Below, in pieces: positions 46,210-55,409 of a stretch of DNA of 64,000 bases; position 1 is the first letter of the stretch; each line of letters opens with the position of its first letter. The position numbers were made by a program, and so were the translations under genes. This DNA is from an uncultured Candidatus Saccharibacteria bacterium (GTDB lineage Bacteria; Patescibacteriota; Minisyncoccia; Phycocordibacterales; SBAW01): contig CAYHDT010000003.1 of assembly GCA_964355655.1 (NCBI GenBank), positions 15,867-79,866 on the forward strand. Direction: 5' to 3'. The notes beneath the pieces were generated by a model. That model searched no databases. It saw only the letters and a list, made by a program, of their open reading frames with translations, and had not been told where the DNA came from.

Positions 46210-47057
46210 TGTTGCTTTGCCTCCTCTATATAATCCTTCAGATTTTTTTTCTGCTTCCACCCGAGGCTCTCGAGCTTAGTAGCATCCATCGCCCCGGACG
46301 AGCGGGTGCTTTGAGTCGGCGGTAAATATTTTATTTCTCCGCCGAACATACCCGCCACGTCGTTGAGCGAGTAAACTTCCTTAGCGCAAATAGCGTACTC
46401 TTCGGCGGCACCCTTCTCCCCCGCCAGCACAATGCCGTCCACGGTGTCGTCTACATGGGTAAACGCGCGCGTCTGGGTGCCGTCGCCGCGCACCTCGTGC
46501 GGTTTGCCCGCCAAAAAGTTTTGTTTAAAGGTTTCCACTACGGTGCCGTAGTTGTTGACCCCCGCGCGCTCGCCGGGCCCATAGACATTGTAAAAGTAGA
46601 CTATCGAGTACGGCAGGCTATACCAGCGGCCGTAGTGGTGTACCAACTCGGAAACAGCAGCTTTAGCCCACGAGTATGGTGAGCGGTCACTGCTCTCAAA
46701 TTTGGTCGAGGAACCGGCGTAGACGAGCTTACATTTTTTTGCGCGCCAAAACTCAAGCACCGCGAGCGACCCCGCGATATTAAGGTCGATAATTTTTTCC
46801 GGTTCTTCAAGACTCTTAGCAATGCGCGAATACTCGCCCAGATGGTAAATGATGTCCGGCGTCTCGGGTACGCGGCTTACGATGTCTTTGGTATGGCCCT
46901 CGCGGTACTCCACTCCCTCGACATGATTTTCTTTGCTGCCGGTAAAGTAGTTGTCGAGCGATATCACCCGGTGGCCGTCCTTAACAAGGAGCGCACAAAG
47001 ATGCGAGCCTACAAAGCCCGCACCTCCGGTTACCAAAATAGTCTTTTTATCAGCCAT
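46206..47057 (-). CDS. UDP-glucuronate decarboxylase / UDP-xylose synthase-like extended SDR
   Basis: ILVTGGAGFVGSHLCALLVKDGHRVISLDNYFTGSKEN is near-collinear with the UXS1 N-terminus. Confidence 0.65.
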   Translation of the reverse strand: MADKKTILVTGGAGFVGSHLCALLVKDGHRVISLDNYFTGSKENHVEGVEYREGHTKDIVSRVPETPDIIYHLGEYSRIAKSLEEPEKIIDLNIAGSLAVLEFWRAKKCKLVYAGSSTKFESSDRSPYSWAKAAVSELVHHYGRWYSLPYSIVYFYNVYGPGERAGVNNYGTVVETFKQNFLAGKPHEVRGDGTQTRAFTHVDDTVDGIVLAGEKGAAEEYAICAKEVYSLNDVAGMFGGEIKYLPPTQSTRSSGAMDATKLESLGWKQKKNLKDYIEEAKQQ

Positions 47058-47086
47058 GTGAATATAGCCTACCGTATCAGGCAAGC

Positions 47087-48451
47087 TTACTCAATCTCAA
47101 ACTCGTCCGCCGAGAGCGGAGTTTCCTTCGCAAACGCCGGGAGTTTTTGCAGATAATAGACCGATCCCGCTCCCGTGCCCAACAAAGCAACCAGAGCTAC
47201 GAGCGGCCAGGAAAATATAGGATAGCCGCTTGCCCCTTTTTCATCGGCGCTGCCCAGCACTTCGCTGTCTGCTTGCGCGGATGCAGACACTGCTGCCGAT
47301 GCCGGGGCAGACCGGCCGGAAGTCGCCTCTGATGTAACGCGTTCTCCGCGTAAGGGGGAGTTTGCTCCCGCCGTCGCGCTCGCCGCTACCGCATTATTCG
47401 GGTATCGCAGAGTAGCCGCCGCGCTTCCCTCCAGCTGCGTGACGGAACGCGCAAATCGCACTCCCTCGTTTGCAAGCACAAACGTATCTTCGGGAATGAC
47501 AAACGATTTGCCGCCGTCGCTCAATGACCACATTCCCACATCAACATCGCTTTTAGAGAGATTTTTTATGAGTAGAGAACCGTCTCCCTCAGATTGCAAG
47601 ACCACTTGTGCGGCGACCGCTTCAACGATGACTCGGTCTACCGATGAAGAATAGTTGTGCGCGGCCGTAAGCAACACCGCGTATTTGCCCGGATACGAGT
47701 AGGCGTGGAATACCCGCGCACCCTCGAGCGTCGCTCCATCGCCGAAATTCCATATAAAACGCGCGCCCGAAAGCGGCAACCCTTGTGTGCCGTAGGCCTC
47801 CGCCGAAAAGAAAGAGCCTCCCCCGACCATGGTCAGCGAGTCGGTTTTGATACGCGTCGTAATAGACGGGGGTGCCATGCCATTTTGAGACGGCGTGGTT
47901 TGCGCGCTGTTAGTCGCCGAAACAGACGAGTCGGAGGCGGCGCCACTTTCTGAACTTTCCGTATAACTACCGGGGTTTGGCGCGGCGGCGGCAAATGTTG
48001 CACCTGCGCGCTGGAGCGAATTGCCGTCCCCTGCGCCGCCGGAGCCTGCGTCGTATATGACGGTATCAAGAACAGTGAGCGCGCCGTCTTTCAGAACAAT
48101 AGTCTCGCCGGTGTTTGAAAGCGAAAAAGACGAATCAAATAATGTGCCGCTAAAACTCGGATAGTCGAGCAAAAATTTTGCCGAATCGTCGGCTACTATG
48201 GCCGAGCCGCCCGGCTGCACCACGCCGCTGCCCGAAACCGCCGCAAGCGCGTGGTTGGTATTGGCTTCAAAAAATTTATAGCCTGAAACATCAATACTGC
48301 TGTCGCCGGTATTGGTAAACTCAAACCACTCCCGGCCCGTGTCGGTGCCGGACACATCGTACATCACTTCCGTAATCTGCACGGCACCAAGCGCCGGCCA
48401 TGGAAGTAAACATACAATAAATGCTAAAAGACTACCTCTCATGCGGTTCAC
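47087..48451 (-). CDS. Secreted lamin-tail-domain (LTD) protein with C-terminal membrane anchor
   Basis: Signal peptide; VQITEVMYDVSGTDTGREWFEFTNTG LTD signature; C-terminal hydrophobic helix. Confidence 0.6.
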   Translation of the reverse strand: MNRMRGSLLAFIVCLLPWPALGAVQITEVMYDVSGTDTGREWFEFTNTGDSSIDVSGYKFFEANTNHALAAVSGSGVVQPGGSAIVADDSAKFLLDYPSFSGTLFDSSFSLSNTGETIVLKDGALTVLDTVIYDAGSGGAGDGNSLQRAGATFAAAAPNPGSYTESSESGAASDSSVSATNSAQTTPSQNGMAPPSITTRIKTDSLTMVGGGSFFSAEAYGTQGLPLSGARFIWNFGDGATLEGARVFHAYSYPGKYAVLLTAAHNYSSSVDRVIVEAVAAQVVLQSEGDGSLLIKNLSKSDVDVGMWSLSDGGKSFVIPEDTFVLANEGVRFARSVTQLEGSAAATLRYPNNAVAASATAGANSPLRGERVTSEATSGRSAPASAAVSASAQADSEVLGSADEKGASGYPIFSWPLVALVALLGTGAGSVYYLQKLPAFAKETPLSADEFEIE

Positions 48452-50351
48452 TTGCCCCGTCGGGAGGCGCAGCCTCTCCTATGGGGTCGATGTCGAGCAT
48501 CTGGCGGATGGTCTCGGGCGGTAATTCATTTTTTGGGGCCACCGGTACTGAGGCCGTCTGCGGCGAGCTTGCTGAGCTTGCCGGCTGCACCTTTTGCAAA
48601 GCCTCTTTCAGAGCGGATGTGGGCGGCGGGTTCTTATGGCCCGGCTGGGTGGGCGGCTTCGCGCGGGATTCCGGCGTCGGAGATTTCTGGCCGAGAGTGA
48701 CTTGAGAGAGAGCCTCTCGCAGGCTTTTAGGGCCGTCGAGCGGGGGCTTAACAGGCTGGAGGGGCGCTTGCGGGCGCCTGACTGTGTTGTGGGATTGTTG
48801 CGGAGCCTTGGGTTTCGGCAACACCGGCGGAAGCAGAGTTTCCTTTAGCGCCTCAGGCGGCGGCATAGGCGTTTCTTCCTCTTTTTTCTTCAAAGGGACC
48901 GCGGGCGCCGGAGCAACAGGCACAGGCGCGGGGGCAGGTGTTGTGGGAGCAGGAGCCGGAACAGCCGCGCGGGCCGCAGGCGCCGGGGCTTGAGTAACGG
49001 TCGTTTTTGAAACGGCGGCCTTGCCGTATTTTGGCTTAGGCGGTTCCGGAACGACAGGATCGCTTTTTTGCCACTCATCTATCACCTGTTCAACTTCTGC
49101 TCTTAGTTTGCCGTAGGCGGCGCGCGAAGCGGCGATAACCTCCTCGACATGGCGCTCAGGCGGCGGGTCAAACGGCGACAGCGTGGTGGCGCTAAAAGGG
49201 GGCGAACCGACGCCGCGTATCATGAGCGTCAGATATATCTGGGCAAAGCCAAGGTTCACCAAGTCGGTCGCCTCGAACTGGGGTGCGAAAATAGTTTCCA
49301 AAGTCTCAGCGTCAAACGGTCCGACGCGGAACGCGACCGTCGTGCCCACGTTGCCAAACACCGCGTCGCGCACTTCCTCTTCCATTTGCTCGACATATTG
49401 GTGCGCAATAATGAGGCGGAGCTTATATTTACGCGCCTCGGAGAGTATGTCGGAGAAGCTTTCGTTGGCGAAGCTCTGGAATTCGTCTACGTAGAGATAA
49501 AACGGCGGAAGCCTTTTCATTTCGTCGGCAGGCACGTCCGCGCGCGACATCGCCGCGAGATAAATTTTTGTCACGAGCATGCTGCCGAGCAGGTTGGTAT
49601 TGACCTCTCCGACGCGGCCTTTGGAAAGGTTGATGATGAGAATCTTTTTTTCATCCATCAGGCGGCGGATATCGAACGACGACTTAGGCTGTCCGACGAT
49701 ATTGCGTATAAGCGGGTTAGAGGTAAACTGCCCCACTTTGTTTTGTATCGCGGGCGTCGCGTCCTGCGTATAGCGGTCGGTATAGTTGGCGAACTCCTCC
49801 ACCCAAAACGCACGCACAGTCGGGTCTTTGACGTTCTCGACGACCTTCTTGCGGAAGGCCTTATTGATGAGCATGCGGTTGACGTCGAGCAGCGTCGAGC
49901 CGTCGTACTCCAAGAGCGCCAGCAGAGTGTTCGAAAGGATATACTCCATGCGCGCGCTCCACGCGTCTACCCAAATCTTGCGGAATGCGGAGAGGAGTCC
50001 CGAGACTACTAAATGGCGCTTGTCGTAGCCGACGTCTTCCATGACGTTAAAAGCGACCGGATAATCCATGTCAAAGGGCGCGAAATATACTACATCTTTG
50101 ACGCGGTGCGCCGGCACGTACTCCATAATCCGGTCGGCGGTGCCGCCGTGCGGGTCTATAAAGGCCATCCCCTCGCCGTTGCGGATGTCTTGTATCGCCA
50201 TATTCTCCAACAGAGTCGATTTGCCCATGCCGGTCTTGCCGATGACGTACATATGCCGGCCGCGGTCCTCGCTGCGGATGCCGAAAGAAACTTCTTTCCC
50301 GCGCGAGTTGGTCTGGGCAAAATACGTTACTTGGTCGGGATTCTCGGGCAT
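48432..50351 (-). CDS. VirD4/TraD/TraG-like DUF87 (HerA/FtsK-fold) ATPase with Pro/Ala-rich C-terminal tail
   Basis: 639 aa; Walker A VIGKTGMGKST, YLYVDEFQ Walker B; C-terminal 200 aa low-complexity PAPAP/PPVLPKPK repeats. Confidence 0.6.
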   Translation of the reverse strand: MPENPDQVTYFAQTNSRGKEVSFGIRSEDRGRHMYVIGKTGMGKSTLLENMAIQDIRNGEGMAFIDPHGGTADRIMEYVPAHRVKDVVYFAPFDMDYPVAFNVMEDVGYDKRHLVVSGLLSAFRKIWVDAWSARMEYILSNTLLALLEYDGSTLLDVNRMLINKAFRKKVVENVKDPTVRAFWVEEFANYTDRYTQDATPAIQNKVGQFTSNPLIRNIVGQPKSSFDIRRLMDEKKILIINLSKGRVGEVNTNLLGSMLVTKIYLAAMSRADVPADEMKRLPPFYLYVDEFQSFANESFSDILSEARKYKLRLIIAHQYVEQMEEEVRDAVFGNVGTTVAFRVGPFDAETLETIFAPQFEATDLVNLGFAQIYLTLMIRGVGSPPFSATTLSPFDPPPERHVEEVIAASRAAYGKLRAEVEQVIDEWQKSDPVVPEPPKPKYGKAAVSKTTVTQAPAPAARAAVPAPAPTTPAPAPVPVAPAPAVPLKKKEEETPMPPPEALKETLLPPVLPKPKAPQQSHNTVRRPQAPLQPVKPPLDGPKSLREALSQVTLGQKSPTPESRAKPPTQPGHKNPPPTSALKEALQKVQPASSASSPQTASVPVAPKNELPPETIRQMLDIDPIGEAAPPDGASEPHER

Positions 50352-50367
50352 TACGAGTTAAGTATAG

Positions 50368-50405
50368 CAAAAAGAAAAGGCCCCTATTTGGGGCCTGCTT
50401 TTTCG
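50368..50405. terminator. Intrinsic terminator hairpin GGCCCC-TATTT-GGGGCC with flanking A/T tracts
   Basis: Seen directly in the sequence; U-tract on both strands. Confidence 0.55.
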
Positions 50406-50584
50406 GCGGCAGATTGGGGCGGCACAAATACAAATAGCTGGCTGTCCTGGCACAAGTGGTCGAACCAATCCGCATAATTGCCATTTTCCGGATTCCCGGT
50501 CAGCGGAACAAATGGCTTTCGTATCGGGTGCTTGGCAATCGCCTTAAACGGCACCACTTCGCCCCTTTTTTCCTGGTCGGCCAT
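50384..50584 (-). CDS. Small hypothetical protein (66 aa)
   Basis: Perfect AAGGAGG SD 7 nt upstream of ATG; stop embedded in a strong terminator hairpin. Confidence 0.45.
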   Translation of the reverse strand: MADQEKRGEVVPFKAIAKHPIRKPFVPLTGNPENGNYADWFDHLCQDSQLFVFVPPQSAAEKAGPK

Positions 50585-50651
50585 GACAAACCCTCCTTAC
50601 CTGCTTCCGACGCTATTAAACTGCAAATTGGTTGAATATGCAACGATCTCC

Positions 50652-51779
50652 CTACTGGTACTGAATAAAGATGGGGCTGGGTACCAGGTTTAGGATTTCT
50701 TTGGGGGTCAGCAGGCGCGGCGGTTCTTGTTTGAGATCATTCTTATAAAAGACCTTCAGCCCCGCAAATTGCACCGGTTCCGGATAGACGACCACGTTAT
50801 AAGTATTTATTTTTTTGGCGGGGAATCCCCATCCGTCCATCTGCACGACCACCTGCACCTCGGGGGTCGGCTTAATGCGTTTATATCCGGTAACCATCTC
50901 CTCTGTAAAGCGGTGCACCACCAGTATCTTCGGCGGCAAGTTGTGCGCCCGCACTATTGCCGAAAGATGCTCAATAGCATAGTTGATATCCTCCGCGCTC
51001 ATAGTACCTATGACCCGTCCGGGCGGAGTGCCATTATGCATGGCGAATTCCGGGTCGAGCGCCAAATGTACCTGCGGCATGGCCCAGTAATTGTCGAGCA
51101 GCGGCACCTCATCCTGCACGGTCGAGAGTCCGACTTGTATGTCAAGAATTACAATAGCGTCTATCTTCTTAGCCATCTCGATAGCCTTGTCTACTTGAGT
51201 GTCGGGCATCCGCAAGCGGTACTTGCCGTCTTTGCCCGCGCTCCCTTGCGCGGTAACGTCAATATATTCAATCGCGGGAACGACCGGCGTTGAAGGGTCG
51301 GCTGCCTCCCACACGGCAATCTCTTCTTTTAATTTCGCCAACACCTGCTCTTCAGGAAGTTCGCCGAGGATACCCATCCCTTTAGAATAAAAGTTTCCAT
51401 AATATGCGACGATTCGGTTAAATGGAAGCAATGCGCCGGAGTTCGGGTAGACGGTACGTGCGGGCCAGAGCGGAGTTATGCGCCGTGCCTCAGTAGAGGT
51501 GCCGACGGTCGTGGTAGTCGCGCCGGAGAGAAATGCCGCGTACCAAGGACTCGAGGTGGCGACATGCGCAAGAGCCAGCAGACGGCGGTCGTAGTCGCCC
51601 CGGTCCAGCTGCGGCATGAGCTTTACAGATGAGACTGACGCGGCCTCGCTAAGATACGAGACGGAGAGGACTTCCGGCAAGACAAAAAAAGCGCCGGCCG
51701 CCGCCGCGATGCCGAGGCAAGCCAGCAGCATGCGCAATGGGATACTAATTGAGCGAAGTGATTCCTTCTTTGTTTTCAT
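50652..51779 (-). CDS. Secreted hypothetical protein (possible TIM-barrel glycoside-hydrolase-like domain)
   Basis: 375 aa; N-terminal TM/signal; no firm motif. Confidence 0.4.
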   Translation of the reverse strand: MKTKKESLRSISIPLRMLLACLGIAAAAGAFFVLPEVLSVSYLSEAASVSSVKLMPQLDRGDYDRRLLALAHVATSSPWYAAFLSGATTTTVGTSTEARRITPLWPARTVYPNSGALLPFNRIVAYYGNFYSKGMGILGELPEEQVLAKLKEEIAVWEAADPSTPVVPAIEYIDVTAQGSAGKDGKYRLRMPDTQVDKAIEMAKKIDAIVILDIQVGLSTVQDEVPLLDNYWAMPQVHLALDPEFAMHNGTPPGRVIGTMSAEDINYAIEHLSAIVRAHNLPPKILVVHRFTEEMVTGYKRIKPTPEVQVVVQMDGWGFPAKKINTYNVVVYPEPVQFAGLKVFYKNDLKQEPPRLLTPKEILNLVPSPIFIQYQ

Positions 51780-52020
51780 GTACTGAGGGAGAATCAGGCT
51801 GGCTTTCTACGAAAGGGTAGTTTCCACTGCGTCCGGGATGCTCCGGACGCGGCGTTCCCGCGCGCGAGATCGCTTCGCCTCGCAAAAGAAATCCGATAAC
51901 CGCCAAAACTACGCCGGTACCGACAAAAAGCACGGTCTGCCAGCTGCCGGGAATACCCAGCAGTGTCCGGATAACAATAATCCAGATCCCGAGCGCAATA
52001 ACCAACATTTCTTTCGACAT
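51745..52020 (-). CDS. Small membrane protein
   Basis: Two hydrophobic helices; start uncertain (ORF to 52206). Confidence 0.3.
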   Translation of the reverse strand: MSKEMLVIALGIWIIVIRTLLGIPGSWQTVLFVGTGVVLAVIGFLLRGEAISRAGTPRPEHPGRSGNYPFVESQPDSPSVHENKEGITSLN

Positions 52021-52036
52021 ATATCGCAGTATATCA

Positions 52037-52684
52037 CTACTCCGCCTCCACAATAACGACAAACTCCCCTTTTTGTTTGACCGGCTCGGCCTCCAATATT
52101 GCCAACAGCTCCTGGGGAGTGCCGATAAGCGCCTCTTCGTATATTTTAGTGAGCTCCCGATACAAACCCACGCGCCGCGTTGGCGCAACTTTGTTGAGGG
52201 ACGCAAGCGCCTTTAGTATCCGGTGCGGCGACTCGTAAAAAATACTGGCGCGTTCGCTTGCGGCTATTTCCTTAAAAAGAGTTTCTCTCCCCTTTTTTTG
52301 GGGCAAAAACGCGTAAAAAGTAAACGACGGAACGCGCAAACCCGCGATAGCTACTGCCGCGGCAAGCGCCGAGGGTCCGGGAATAGTTTCTATGCCCGCG
52401 CCCGCCTCCCGCGCGCGGGCAACCAGCTCGAGTCCAGGGTCCGATACTCCCGGCGTACCGGCATCGGAGACAAGAGCAATGTGCTTATCCTGAGCGAGCA
52501 ACACCAATGTTTTCCGGTCGGTTACAACTGGTGTATGAATGTCAAAGTGCGACAGAAGCTTGCGCGTGTTGCGAGTATCCTCGCATGCGACAAAGTCGGC
52601 CTCTTTAAGCACGCGTAAAGCGCGCAGGGTGATGTCCTCGAGGTTTCCTATCGGGGTCGCGACGACTGAAAGTTTTCCCGCCAT
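52037..52684 (-). CDS. rsmI: 16S rRNA (cytidine1402-2'-O)-methyltransferase
   Basis: LSVVATPIGNLEDITLRALRVLKEADFVACEDTRNTRKLL N-terminal signature; 215 aa (short). Confidence 0.75.
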   Translation of the reverse strand: MAGKLSVVATPIGNLEDITLRALRVLKEADFVACEDTRNTRKLLSHFDIHTPVVTDRKTLVLLAQDKHIALVSDAGTPGVSDPGLELVARAREAGAGIETIPGPSALAAAVAIAGLRVPSFTFYAFLPQKKGRETLFKEIAASERASIFYESPHRILKALASLNKVAPTRRVGLYRELTKIYEEALIGTPQELLAILEAEPVKQKGEFVVIVEAE

Positions 52685-52810
52685 ATAAAGCCCACCGTAC
52701 CATTTTTGACTACATAATAAAAGGCTTGTACATAGTGCTTTTTCTTTCTGCCGCTTTCACCTATACTGCGGGTAGATTTGCTCTTCTCATAAACAAAAAG
52801 GTGAATCCGC

Positions 52811-54154
52811 ATGTGTGGCATAGTAGCCGTCAGAAACGTACGTAAAGCTATTGAGCTGGCTGTCGTTGGAGCTCACGAACTCCAGCACCGTGCAAGAACT
52901 TACGCCGGAGCCGTTTCTTCGGACGGCCAAAACTTCTATCGGCATGCGGGTAAGAATCTTGCCCGAAATGTCTTCAGCCCGGGTTGGCTCAACCGTCTGC
53001 ACGGCACCGATGCGCTGGTGCATTTGCGCTACCCGACAGTGGGCGATAAAGAAGATCGCGACAACACCCAGCCTATCCAAGGAATATATGCGGGGAAGCC
53101 TTTGGCTATCGGCCATAACGGCAATCTGACCAATACAGCCGAATTGGCGCGGATTCTTCCTGCCTCTTTGAAAATGGCAACTGCTCTTGATACGGAGTAT
53201 ATCCTCCGCCTGATTGAACACTTCCAAACGGGGGATATCGAAGCTGATCTCAAAAAGGTACTTCCGCTACTCAAAGGAAGCTTCTCACTGGTTATCCTAA
53301 TGCCCGATCGTCTTATTGCCGTCCGGGACAGAAGAGGCAACCGACCGCTCTCTATTGGCACACTTGAAGGCGGCTACTGTATTGCTTCGGAGAAATGTGC
53401 TTTCCCTATCATGCGGGCTCGTCATCTGCAGGATGTCGCCGCCGGAACAATGGCTATCATCGGCGAAGAAGGCGGTATCCATATATCGCAGTTTGCTCAA
53501 GCTGATGAAAGAAAATGCGTTTTCGAACTCCTCTATAACAGCAGTGTCGCGAGCAAAGTGTTCGATGTCGGGGTGACCAGATTCCGAATAGGTATCGGTG
53601 AGGAATTGGAGAAACTATTTCCGGTACAAAACGGCATGGACCTTATTGTCACCCCGGTACCTGACAGCGGCAAACCATATGCACAAGGGTATGCCAAATC
53701 GGGACGCTCCGGCCAGGACTTTCAGGTCATATGGCGGAATCACTATGTCGGTCGCACTTTCAATGCGGCCAGCCAAGCGCTACGAGACGAGGATATCGCA
53801 CGAAAGTTTATGTTCGATGCCGACGAGATTGCCGGCAAACGAATAGTTGTTCTTGATGACTCAATCGTGCGTGGCAGTACCCTCCCGAAGATTGTAGAGA
53901 TGTTGTGGTGGCTTGGGGCAAAGGAAGTGCATTTGAGGATCGCAATGCCTCCTATTGCCCACTTATGCCGCTACGGCATCTACATGGAGGAAGACGGAAC
54001 GGAACTTGTCGCGGCAAAGTTTACGCCTGTCGAGACATGCCGAGAGTTTAATGCAACTTCTCTCGAGTATCTGCCGCTGGAGACCCTGAAAAAAATACTC
54101 CCGGACTCCGAGCATTACTGCACTGCCTGCATGGATGGCAGCTTCTGGGATTAA
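52811..54154 (+). CDS. purF: Amidophosphoribosyltransferase
   Basis: N-terminal MCGI (Ntn Cys), PRTase motif VVLDDSIVRGST. Confidence 0.85.
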   Translation: MCGIVAVRNVRKAIELAVVGAHELQHRARTYAGAVSSDGQNFYRHAGKNLARNVFSPGWLNRLHGTDALVHLRYPTVGDKEDRDNTQPIQGIYAGKPLAIGHNGNLTNTAELARILPASLKMATALDTEYILRLIEHFQTGDIEADLKKVLPLLKGSFSLVILMPDRLIAVRDRRGNRPLSIGTLEGGYCIASEKCAFPIMRARHLQDVAAGTMAIIGEEGGIHISQFAQADERKCVFELLYNSSVASKVFDVGVTRFRIGIGEELEKLFPVQNGMDLIVTPVPDSGKPYAQGYAKSGRSGQDFQVIWRNHYVGRTFNAASQALRDEDIARKFMFDADEIAGKRIVVLDDSIVRGSTLPKIVEMLWWLGAKEVHLRIAMPPIAHLCRYGIYMEEDGTELVAAKFTPVETCREFNATSLEYLPLETLKKILPDSEHYCTACMDGSFWD

Positions 54155-54161
54155 TCGTGCT

Positions 54162-54191
54162 GCCGGCGTCGCAAGACGCCGGTTTTTATTT
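54162..54191. terminator. Bidirectional terminator between convergent purF and murC
   Basis: GCCGGCGTC-GCAA-GACGCCGG + TTTTTATTT. Confidence 0.6.
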
Positions 54192-55409
54192 AAACTTTAA
54201 GGCCTCTTCCCCTGCTTTGTAGATGTCGCCTGCGCCCATAGTAAAGGCAATACTGTCGCTGCCGAGAGTTTTGAGCACTTCTGTCGTTTTTTCAAAGTTC
54301 GGGAGCGGCCGTACATGACCGCCCTTCGCGGTTGCGGCGGTCGCGAGCGCCTCGTGCGACACTGCCACATCGTGCGGCTCGCGCGCGGCATACACCGGCA
54401 GCACGTACGCCTCATCGGCTTTCGCGAGCGCTCCGGCAAAATCGTCAAACAAGTCGCGCGTGCGGCTGTACAAATGCGGGTGGAAAAAGACGACTATTTT
54501 TTTACCGGGAAATTTTTCCCGCGCGGCCGCTATCGTGCGGGCAATAGCGGTCGGATGATGCGCGTAGTCATCATACAAAACAGCCCCGCCCGGCAGCTCG
54601 CCTTTATACTCGAAGCGTCGCCACGTCCCCTTGTACGACTTCAGTGAGCGGTCCCACACCGCGTCGGCCACGCCGGGCGCCAGAATTTTAGCCGCCGCTT
54701 TGGCAGCGCGCGCGTTCTCTTTATTAAACTCGCCAGGCACCAAAAGCTCGGGGACCGACTCATGCGCATATACCGCGGCATCTATCACTTTTTTTGCATT
54801 GCGCCGTGCCTCACCAAACGAGGCCTGCACCTCGGCAAGAGACTTAAAAAAGTCGGTATGGTCGAACTCTATGTTGGTAATGACCAGAATCTCCGGCATA
54901 AAATTTAAAAAGTGATTCTTGTACTCGCAGGCTTCGACCACAAACAAGTCGCTTTTGCCCGCGCGGAAGTTGCTTCCCCACTCCGACACGATACTGCCGA
55001 CTACAATAGTCGGGTCGAGTCCGGCCTCGATAAGCATACGGCCCAGCATGGCGGTTGTGGTTGTTTTACCATGAGTCCCCGCGACGGCGATTGTCCGCTT
55101 ATGCTTAGCGACTTCACCGAGCGCCTCGAAATACGATTGCTGCGGTATCCCGAGTGCTGCGGCGCGCGTCCGCTCGGGGTTGTCCGCGGGTACCGCGTCA
55201 CTGTAGACCAGCAGCTCCGCGCCCTCGCTTACATTCTCTCCCTTCTGTCCGATTACTACCGCAATACCCTTGCGTGCAAGCATCGCAGTTGTGGGCGACT
55301 CCTCTCGGTCCGAGCCGGATACGGCGGCGCCTTCGTGCGCGTAATATTGAGCCAGGGCGGACATGCCGATACCGCCGATTCCGGTCATATATATTTTTTT
55401 ATCTTTCAT
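54186..55409 (-). CDS. murC: UDP-N-acetylmuramate--L-alanine ligase
   Basis: IYMTGIGGIGMSALA, AVAGTHGKTTTTAML Mur ligase motif. Confidence 0.8.
   Translation of the reverse strand: MKDKKIYMTGIGGIGMSALAQYYAHEGAAVSGSDREESPTTAMLARKGIAVVIGQKGENVSEGAELLVYSDAVPADNPERTRAAALGIPQQSYFEALGEVAKHKRTIAVAGTHGKTTTTAMLGRMLIEAGLDPTIVVGSIVSEWGSNFRAGKSDLFVVEACEYKNHFLNFMPEILVITNIEFDHTDFFKSLAEVQASFGEARRNAKKVIDAAVYAHESVPELLVPGEFNKENARAAKAAAKILAPGVADAVWDRSLKSYKGTWRRFEYKGELPGGAVLYDDYAHHPTAIARTIAAAREKFPGKKIVVFFHPHLYSRTRDLFDDFAGALAKADEAYVLPVYAAREPHDVAVSHEALATAATAKGGHVRPLPNFEKTTEVLKTLGSDSIAFTMGAGDIYKAGEEALKFK

Noticed and set aside
48850-49010. Low-complexity GC-rich PAPAP-encoding tract that superficially resembles a tandem DNA repeat
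   Set aside because: It is the coding region for the Pro/Ala-rich tail of the VirD4-like ATPase, in frame with the upstream domain
49149-50012. 287 aa plus-strand ORF inside the VirD4-like gene
   Set aside because: Antisense shadow; the minus-strand frame has Walker A/B motifs
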